Positions 57,956 through 64,000 of a DNA stretch of 64,000 bases are shown in pieces. The notes below the pieces were generated by a model that was not told where the DNA came from, ran no database searches, and saw only the letters and a program-made list of their open reading frames with translations. Position numbers and translations under genes: made by a program. The stretch covers positions 10,350 through 74,349 of the forward strand of contig DAOQUL010000003.1 of NCBI GenBank assembly GCA_035341015.1, written 5' to 3'. Source of the stretch: Anaerolineales bacterium. Lineage in GTDB: Bacteria > Chloroflexota > Anaerolineae > Anaerolineales > UBA4823. Positions within the stretch are counted from its first letter, which is position 1. Each line of letters opens with the position of its first letter.

Positions 57956-59040
57956 TCGATTTTGCGCAGGCCCTGGGGTGGTTGAATAAATTCGATCGCT
58001 CGCACTTGAGACCTGGGACGGAAATCCGCTTATCTCAGGTGAGCGATGGAACAACTCCGCTGGATGTGCGCGACCAGACCGCGGCCGAGATTGTGGGGGA
58101 TGCAGAGGGGATCGTTGATGAATGCGAACGGGCCGAAATCTACGTCCAAATGGGGGCTTACTGGTTTCAACGCGTAGAGCTGCCCCAGGCGATGGAATGC
58201 CTGAAGCAGGCGGTGGATATCTACGCCGGGCATACGCGCCACTTGCAACGCCAGGGGCTGGCTCATTGGATGATGGGGATCGTCCTTGAGCGCTTGGGGG
58301 TTAATCACGAGTGTTATCTCCAGCGATACAATGCAATCAAGGCCTTTGCGAAGCTGGTGGAGGATGCCAAAGACGCCAAGGATCCCAAGGATGCTAAGAA
58401 TCCCAAGAACCCCAAAGATCCCAAGAACGCCAAAGACGCCAAGGACGACAGGCAAAAGCTCAAGGCGGAATGGTACTGCGAGACGCTGGATCTGTTCAAG
58501 ATCTACACCGCGGTGATGCCAGAAGACGCCCGCGCCTGGCTGACCGAGCCATTTGAAGGGCAGCCAGGGGGGCAGTTGAAGGCGCAAACGGCTGCCCTGT
58601 GTGAGCAGGTGATCAAGCTGGCAAAAACACCCAACCAAAGGGCGCAGGCGGACGAGGCTATTCGCCAATTGTTGGAGGCCGCCAGCACCCGCCCGCCAGG
58701 GGCCGAAAGGGGCGAGGCTTACCTGGAAAGCGGGCTGGCGAAGTACCAGATGCGGGATTTTGAGGCGGCGCGCTATTGCTTGAGGATGTCTTTCCCGCAG
58801 TACCTGGCGCCCAGTTACCCGTATGCGGTGGCTCATTGGATGTTGGGGAATATCGAGTGGCAAGATGGCCAAAAAGCGCCGGCCTTTACGTATTGGCAGC
58901 GCAGTATCGAGATCATGAATGAGCTGGTCTACAAGGCCGAAACTGGCAAGACAGAGAAGATCCGCAAACGGCAGGCTGCATTCTTGAAAGAAAAGAGAGA
59001 TTTGATGAGGCGGGTGGTAAGTCACATGGCAGCCAATTAG
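57952..59040 (+). CDS. Soluble TPR-like helical-repeat protein with an internal (K-D/N-A/P)x9 low-complexity insert
   Basis: ATGA overlap with the previous gene. There are several 34-aa-like units (AEIYVQMGAYWFQRVELPQAMECLKQAV; GEAYLESGLAKYQMRDFEAARYCL; AVAHWMLGNIEWQDGQKAPAFTYWQRSIEI). No TM segment or signal peptide. Confidence 0.65.
   Translation: MIDFAQALGWLNKFDRSHLRPGTEIRLSQVSDGTTPLDVRDQTAAEIVGDAEGIVDECERAEIYVQMGAYWFQRVELPQAMECLKQAVDIYAGHTRHLQRQGLAHWMMGIVLERLGVNHECYLQRYNAIKAFAKLVEDAKDAKDPKDAKNPKNPKDPKNAKDAKDDRQKLKAEWYCETLDLFKIYTAVMPEDARAWLTEPFEGQPGGQLKAQTAALCEQVIKLAKTPNQRAQADEAIRQLLEAASTRPPGAERGEAYLESGLAKYQMRDFEAARYCLRMSFPQYLAPSYPYAVAHWMLGNIEWQDGQKAPAFTYWQRSIEIMNELVYKAETGKTEKIRKRQAAFLKEKRDLMRRVVSHMAAN
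58363..58443 (+). repeat. Nine tandem 9-bp units (GAY/AAY-SCN-AAR) encoding DAK-DAK-DPK-DAK-NPK-NPK-DPK-NAK-DAK
   Basis: I read this directly from the sequence; it is in frame with CDS 57952-59040. Confidence 0.9.
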
Positions 59041-59175
59041 GATTCGAATGCTTTGGCAGGGTGGATTGAGGGTTTATTAACCCAGCATTTATCTACTGGT
59101 GTTTTTGGGCGGCTGGCTGTACAATAATATAGCCAATCAATTGTGGGCAATACGAGATAATCGATCATACCATTT

Positions 59176-61710
59176 ATGGGTCTTCATAAGCATCCAAAGC
59201 TCCAAACGCTGTTGGTATTGGTACTTGGATTATTATTGTACCTGGTGTTGATGCGCGGCCAGGGAACGGTAAAATCCCTGGTGTTTGGGGCAGAATATGC
59301 CTACATTGCAGCGGGGGGTTCTGACGGAGGGGTATTGGTGCTGGAGTTGGCCTTCTCTACCCCCACCGCAAGCCCCACGCCCAAAATGACGGCTGGCCCT
59401 GCTACGCCCACGCCCAGCCCCACCCCGCAAGGCTGGGTGGAGCCAACGCCGACATCGACCCTGCCGCCGCACAGCACACCTACCTCGCTGCCCATCGATT
59501 GGACGTTTGAAAGCTCGAGGGTGGTCAAGCGCTGGGATACATTGGGAGAGGGCCTGGCGCTTGAGAAGATCGGTTGGGAAGACAAAGATTACCTGTTCGT
59601 GGCAGAGGGGGCCTATGGCCTGAAGCTGTGGGACGTGACTGAGCTCAAGAATCCAATTGAGCTCGAGGTGCGCGACCAGGTGCCCCATGCGCGGGCGGTG
59701 GTGGTATTCGACGGGCGGATGTTTGTGGCATCTGAGCGCTATGGGGTGTTTACCTGGCTGGTGGAAGGCGACCCTGAGATGGCGGCTTTCCAGCCGGCGC
59801 GGGGCCAGCCGGTAATCCCGGCGCGAGATGCGCGCGACATCTTTGTGTACAAGTACCTGCGAGAGGTAGAGACCAGCGCCGCCGAGGATGAGACGCAGGA
59901 GGCGGGTGGAGGGCGCAGGCCCCAGATCGTAGAGACCATTTACCAGGTGTGCGTGGCAGCCGGGCGCGAGGGAGTGCTGGTGGTTGAAATGAACGAAAGC
60001 CTGGTGCCGGTCTCGCAGGAGATCATTTCGACCGGCAATCGACGCGCCCTGAGTGTGTGGGCCGACGGCTCCAAGGATATTTTGTATATTGCGGCCGAAG
60101 ATGGCGGCGTGCTGGTGTACGACATTTTCTCTAAGATGGAGAAGTTGGCCGAGGTGGATACGAATGGACCGGCCATAGATGTGTTGTTTCGAGATGGGTA
60201 CCTGTACGTTGCTGCTGGGCCGGTGGGCCTGCAGGTCTACAAAGAGAATCCCGGGCATACGTATGAGTTGGTCGCTGTGCTAGACACCCCCGGGAGGGCG
60301 GTGGGGCTGGCATCTTCGAATTTCCATAATTTTATATTTGTTGCAGACGAGTCTGGCGGGGTGCGTTTTATCAATGTGACCGACCCCAAAAATCCAATCG
60401 ATGAGACCGATTACCAGCTCGATTGGGGCGAGGCGCCGTTTGAGTTTTTGGCCAGCTCGGCCATTTCGGGAGATGGCTTGAACAAGCAGGCCAAGCTGAC
60501 GGTGGGAAATATGACGGTGGATTTGACCATCGCCTCGATCGCCCTGGTGATGAGCCTGGTGGTCTTCGCGGGTTTTGTGCTGCCAGTGCACACGCCGTGG
60601 CAGCGCCTGCAAACGATCTGGCGGATGATCGTGCACTGGTTCAAGCCTGACCATGCATGGTTTATTCGCAACGGGCAAGTGGATGCGCATGACCTGGCAT
60701 ATGGTGAGCGCGGGCCGGGGGTGGTGGTGTTGGATGCGGCCAGCGCGGCGGTGTTCAAGCATTTGAACGACACGCCGCGCCCGCGAGGCCCGGGTGTGGT
60801 TTTTACACGCAACGAAGAACGGCTGTACGAGCTGTTGGATCTGCGGCGCAAGGCACTTTGGTTGGGGCCGCACCTGGATGAGAGCCCCTTTGAAGTACGA
60901 GGAGAGGGCGAATTGCAGGCCGATTACCGGGGGCGCTGTTACCGCCGAGAGCAAACCAAGGCCATGACGCGCGACGGTGTGGAAGTGGCGCCTACCTTGC
61001 GAGTGGTCTATTCGTTGGATGGTAAGGCGGTGGAAGATGGCACGCAGTTCGATTACGATGCCGAAGCGGTTCTCAAGGTGGCGGACGGCGACCACCCCCA
61101 GGCGCGCTACTGCCGGCGGAGCGGTAAGATCGTTTCGACGCGCGAGGAAATAATCACTTGTGCGGCGACCACCCTGTGGCAAGACGGCCTGGCCCGCTTT
61201 AAGCTGGCGGAGTTGTTTGGTGAGGTTGACCCCGGGGGGCACCCCGGCCCGGCCGGCCAGCCGAACGGTTTGAATGCCATTGTCGAAGGGATGCGGCAGC
61301 GCCTGACACAAGCTGAGCTGCCGGGGGCGGGGGGCGGGTTGGAACCCAATCCCATATACCAGGAATTCCAGGCCCGCGGCCTGCAGGTGCATGCCGTGAG
61401 CCTGGAAGCCGTTCACCTGGCTGAAGATGACCGCTTGAGCTTGCTGCAGAACTGGCATGCAAGCTGGTCAAAGCAATTAGAACTGGATGCACAGCGCTTG
61501 CAGCAGTGTGAGCAGGAGCGGGCGCTGAGCGATTATGCCCTGGCGGCAGCCAGGCCGCTGAAGGAACGTCTGAAGCGGGTGATCGCGCCGGTGTATTTGA
61601 AAGAGACGCTGCTGCTGATGCTGCGCGGCACACTGGGGCTTTGCCCGGCAGGTTCGAGCGCCAGCCGAGGGGTGGGGCAGATGATCGAATGGGTGGAGAA
61701 TAACCTGTGA
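59176..61710 (+). CDS. Membrane protein: TM1 - extracytoplasmic LVIVD-type beta-propeller (interrupted by a PT-rich linker) - TM2 - cytoplasmic SPFH-like domain (paralog 3 of 4)
   Basis: Seven or more repeats of the form Y(L/I)(F/Y)(V/I)A(A/E).. GG(V/L).V(Y/L)(D/E) (YAYIAAGGSDGGVLVLEL, YLFVAEGAYGLKLWDV, LYIAAEDGGVLVYDI, YLYVAAGPVGLQVYK, FIFVADESGGVRFINV). TM2 at aa 446-470, then FVLPVHT (nt 60574-60588). GPGVVF...DLRR...AMTRDGVEV (TRDG at nt 60967-60978). Confidence 0.65.
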   Translation: MGLHKHPKLQTLLVLVLGLLLYLVLMRGQGTVKSLVFGAEYAYIAAGGSDGGVLVLELAFSTPTASPTPKMTAGPATPTPSPTPQGWVEPTPTSTLPPHSTPTSLPIDWTFESSRVVKRWDTLGEGLALEKIGWEDKDYLFVAEGAYGLKLWDVTELKNPIELEVRDQVPHARAVVVFDGRMFVASERYGVFTWLVEGDPEMAAFQPARGQPVIPARDARDIFVYKYLREVETSAAEDETQEAGGGRRPQIVETIYQVCVAAGREGVLVVEMNESLVPVSQEIISTGNRRALSVWADGSKDILYIAAEDGGVLVYDIFSKMEKLAEVDTNGPAIDVLFRDGYLYVAAGPVGLQVYKENPGHTYELVAVLDTPGRAVGLASSNFHNFIFVADESGGVRFINVTDPKNPIDETDYQLDWGEAPFEFLASSAISGDGLNKQAKLTVGNMTVDLTIASIALVMSLVVFAGFVLPVHTPWQRLQTIWRMIVHWFKPDHAWFIRNGQVDAHDLAYGERGPGVVVLDAASAAVFKHLNDTPRPRGPGVVFTRNEERLYELLDLRRKALWLGPHLDESPFEVRGEGELQADYRGRCYRREQTKAMTRDGVEVAPTLRVVYSLDGKAVEDGTQFDYDAEAVLKVADGDHPQARYCRRSGKIVSTREEIITCAATTLWQDGLARFKLAELFGEVDPGGHPGPAGQPNGLNAIVEGMRQRLTQAELPGAGGGLEPNPIYQEFQARGLQVHAVSLEAVHLAEDDRLSLLQNWHASWSKQLELDAQRLQQCEQERALSDYALAAARPLKERLKRVIAPVYLKETLLLMLRGTLGLCPAGSSASRGVGQMIEWVENNL

Positions 61711-63383
61711 GCCAGGGTGCAGGCGGCTCCAGCGGGAAGACTTCGCCGGGCGGGGGCTCGACGCGCCAGCGCGCCGCTGATCTGGTGGCGCGCCTGAGAG
61801 CAGCCTGGAAGGTGAACAGCAAACGCAGCCGGGCTTTCTTCCACGCGGGGCCTGTGCCGCGCCTGATCGTGTACATCTTGCTGGTGGTGGGGATCTTCCT
61901 TGGCTTTGTGCTGTTTGGGCGGCAGATGGCCAATTGGGCCAGCAACGCGGTGATCAATACCATCAACTGCGCGCGACACCCCGTGCGCTGTTTTCGGGAT
62001 ATTGTTGGTGTTCCACCGCCCCCGCCTACGCCCACCCCGGTTCCGGGCCCAACCCAGCCCCCGCCCCCCACGCCCTTGCCAGAGCCAAGACCCCGGGCCT
62101 GGTCTGAAAGCACTGAGAATACGATCCAAACCTGGACGCGGAACGATGTCTTGCGGCACCTTTTGATCTTGGGGCTGACCATATGGGGGGCCTCGAGGCT
62201 GGCGGGGATCTATTTTGGTGACCTGCACCATATTGAAGATTTTCGGTTCACGTCGCAGTTGTTACGCCGGACGATATTGGCACGTGCTTTTGGCAAGATC
62301 GTGGTGCAGGCCGGGCAGATCGAGGCAAAGGACCAGAAAGGCCATAACTTAGAGCGCTTGCTGGGGGCGGGCATCCCGGCGGCGGTGCAGGTTGCGCCCG
62401 ACAGCTGCCTGGTCGTTGAGCTGATGAACGGCGAGCCGGTGTTTATTGGTCCCACAGGGGGCAAACCGGCGCTGCTGCGGGCCTTTAGCCGCCTGCGGCG
62501 GGCAGTAGACCTGCGCGATCAAGAAGTGACCCTGACTGTTAACGGCATTGCGCGCGACGGCCTGCCGGTGGCAGCCAAAGATGTGGCTTTGTGCTTCAGC
62601 GTGGCGCGTGCTGGGCAGGCCGCCACGAACCAACAGCCCTATCCCTTTGACGAGCAGGCGCTGCGCAACCTGGTTTATCGCACCTGCCCCGAACTGGCTT
62701 CAGCGAATGGGAAGGTGGTTTCACGGGTGCAGTCTACCTTGCCCCCCAGCAACCAGGGCAAAGAGCTTTACCTGGCGATGGTTGAGCAGATCGAGGTGGC
62801 CTTCAGAGAGTTCATCAGCCGGTGCGCGGCGGCCGATCTTGTGCCATTTACGGCGCCGGGGGCGGATGCAGGTGGTGGCGCAGCACCCACGGCCCATAAT
62901 TCGAGCGGGCTGCAAAACCCGATCCAGGCCTTTGTTGAGGCCTTCAACGCGCAAGCTTTGATGAGCGGCATCGAGCTGGCATGGCTGGGCAAGGGGGAGT
63001 GGGTTCTGCCGGGCGAGATCGTGGTGGGCGGCGGGGAAGACGCTCGCAAAAGCAAGAAGTACGTGGTGCCGCTGGCAGATTGGCAGCGGAGCGTTGAGAA
63101 CTGGCAGCGGCGAAAGGCCCTGCTTGGCGACCAGATGGACCTTGACCGGCATACGGGTGAGCTGTTGGCCCTGGTGCGGCAGGTGCCGTTGGGGGTGCAG
63201 CCTCCGGCAGCGCCCCCCGGAGGTCCGCGGCGCGCGTATCAAATTGGCAAAGCGCTAATTCAGGCATATCGTGATAAACTAGATGATGCGTTGAAAAGCT
63301 ACCAGCAAGCAGGGCAAACCCCGCCCTCAGAGCTGGTGGATGTGATTGAACACCTGAACCAATTGATCGAGCGGAAGCCTTGA
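61707..63383 (+). CDS. Hairpin-anchored membrane protein with a Pro-rich/Cys-containing outer loop and SPFH-like cytoplasmic domain (paralog 4 of 4)
   Basis: The GTG start overlaps the previous stop (GTGA at 61707-61710). TM segments at about aa 53-71 and 151-170. The loop carries NCARHPVRCF and PPPPPTPTPVPGPTQPPPPTP. AVDLRDQEVTLTVNGIARDGLPV (ARDG at nt 62550-62561). Confidence 0.6.
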   Translation: MSQGAGGSSGKTSPGGGSTRQRAADLVARLRAAWKVNSKRSRAFFHAGPVPRLIVYILLVVGIFLGFVLFGRQMANWASNAVINTINCARHPVRCFRDIVGVPPPPPTPTPVPGPTQPPPPTPLPEPRPRAWSESTENTIQTWTRNDVLRHLLILGLTIWGASRLAGIYFGDLHHIEDFRFTSQLLRRTILARAFGKIVVQAGQIEAKDQKGHNLERLLGAGIPAAVQVAPDSCLVVELMNGEPVFIGPTGGKPALLRAFSRLRRAVDLRDQEVTLTVNGIARDGLPVAAKDVALCFSVARAGQAATNQQPYPFDEQALRNLVYRTCPELASANGKVVSRVQSTLPPSNQGKELYLAMVEQIEVAFREFISRCAAADLVPFTAPGADAGGGAAPTAHNSSGLQNPIQAFVEAFNAQALMSGIELAWLGKGEWVLPGEIVVGGGEDARKSKKYVVPLADWQRSVENWQRRKALLGDQMDLDRHTGELLALVRQVPLGVQPPAAPPGGPRRAYQIGKALIQAYRDKLDDALKSYQQAGQTPPSELVDVIEHLNQLIERKP

Positions 63384-63391
63384 GGAGCGCT

Positions 63392-64000
63392 ATGACGGAA
63401 GAATTAGTCTACAACCCTGAAAAGCCGGTGCTGGTGATCGGTGCGGCAGGCGTGGACCTGGTGGGCAGGTTGAAAGGGGGCTTGTTGCCCTCGACCTCGA
63501 ACCCGGCCCGGATCCGGTCCTCTTTTGGCGGGGTTGGGCGCAACGTGGCCGAAAACCTGGCCCGTCTTGGGCAGGCAGTGACGCTTTTGACGGCTGTGGG
63601 GCAAGACCCGGCCGGCGACCAACTGCTGGAAGATGCGGCTGAAGCGGGGGTTGACGTGTCGCATGTGCTGCGCAGCTCCGAACAGCCCACCGGCACTTAC
63701 CTGGCGGTGATCAACCCAGAGGGGGGCTTGCAGTTTGGGCTGGATGATATGCGGGCCATTGCGGCGCTTTCGGCAGAGCATGTGCGCTTGCATGCAGACT
63801 TGTTTGCGCAGGCGTCTTTGGTGTTCATGGATGCCAACTTGCCCAAAGAGACCCTGCGGGCGGCGATGGCGCTGGCGCGCAAAGCGGGCTTGCCCATCTG
63901 TGCAGACCCCACCTCGCAGACCCTGGCGGCGCGCCTGAAGCCTTACCTGCCGCGCCTGCGCCTGGTGGCGCCAAATGCGGCTGAGGCGGCAATCTTGTGC
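63392..64000 (+). CDS. PfkB-family (ribokinase-like) carbohydrate/nucleoside kinase; 3' end outside window
   Basis: GAGGAG Shine-Dalgarno sequence, then ATG 63392. VLVIGAAGVDLVG...SFGGVGRNVAENLARLG is typical of the PfkB N-terminus. The frame is open to the window end. Confidence 0.8.
   Translation, partial: MTEELVYNPEKPVLVIGAAGVDLVGRLKGGLLPSTSNPARIRSSFGGVGRNVAENLARLGQAVTLLTAVGQDPAGDQLLEDAAEAGVDVSHVLRSSEQPTGTYLAVINPEGGLQFGLDDMRAIAALSAEHVRLHADLFAQASLVFMDANLPKETLRAAMALARKAGLPICADPTSQTLAARLKPYLPRLRLVAPNAAEAAILC

Noticed and set aside
59233-62231. Series of long minus-strand ORFs (59233-60258, 60280-61458, 61199-62182, 61533-62231) opposite cluster genes 4 and 5.
   Set aside because: Their translations are Arg/Pro/His/Gln-rich and overlap one another in different frames. 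They show no motifs, TM pattern or Shine-Dalgarno sites. The plus-strand frames show paralogous motifs and sensible topology.

Overview
This is a 64-kb, roughly 60% GC bacterial chromosomal segment. Genes are tightly packed, often with ATGA/GTGA stop-start overlaps, and many exported or membrane proteins carry Pro/Thr-rich linkers. This style is compatible with a Chloroflexota-like monoderm, but that is an inference, not a database result. All product calls come from motifs I recognise by eye; no searches were run.

Contents, left to right:
1. nt 1-14093: a co-directional signalling supercluster. It holds a Roadblock-type small GTPase, two paralogous alpha/beta hydrolases (one nucleophile-dead), a V4R protein, an LbH protein, an acyl-ACP-reductase-like oxidoreductase, a receiver with a degenerate GGDEF domain, a 2521-aa TM-PAS-11xGAF-PAS histidine kinase and a stand-alone receiver.
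2. tRNA-Asn with a consensus promoter, an orphan cadherin-like domain ORF, a methyltransferase, a GH13 alpha-glucosidase and a 1223-aa secreted CSLREA/beta-helix/PKD protein.
3. Housekeeping genes: FmdB zinc ribbon, TPR protein, LysM lipoprotein, DHH phosphoesterase, M50 protease, tRNA-Sec (selC), SAM hydrolase and glnA.
4. A lower-GC islet carrying RidA and a class D (OXA-like) beta-lactamase lipoprotein, next to a decayed GH53 remnant.
5. A 12S / cupin / 5S / 1.3S transcarboxylase operon.
6. A translationally coupled Ser/Thr kinase - TtuA - YhhQ operon.
7. upp, ruvB-queA, a family-5 UDG and a pyrimidine nucleoside phosphorylase.
8. A minus-strand gene chain ending in an adenylyl cyclase-STAND-TPR protein. 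This chain includes a frameshifted lysA.
9. tRNA-Leu, then NUDIX, PHP and DUF362 genes.
10. nt 55021-63383: a five-gene cluster with no function I can assign. It encodes four paralogous hairpin-anchored SPFH/band-7-like membrane proteins (one with a large extracytoplasmic LVIVD beta-propeller) plus a TPR protein with a (K-D/N-A/P)x9 repeat.

The SPFH-like cluster and the GTPase/V4R/GAF-kinase supercluster are my best candidates for undescribed systems. I saw no CRISPR array, transposase, integrase or reverse transcriptase.
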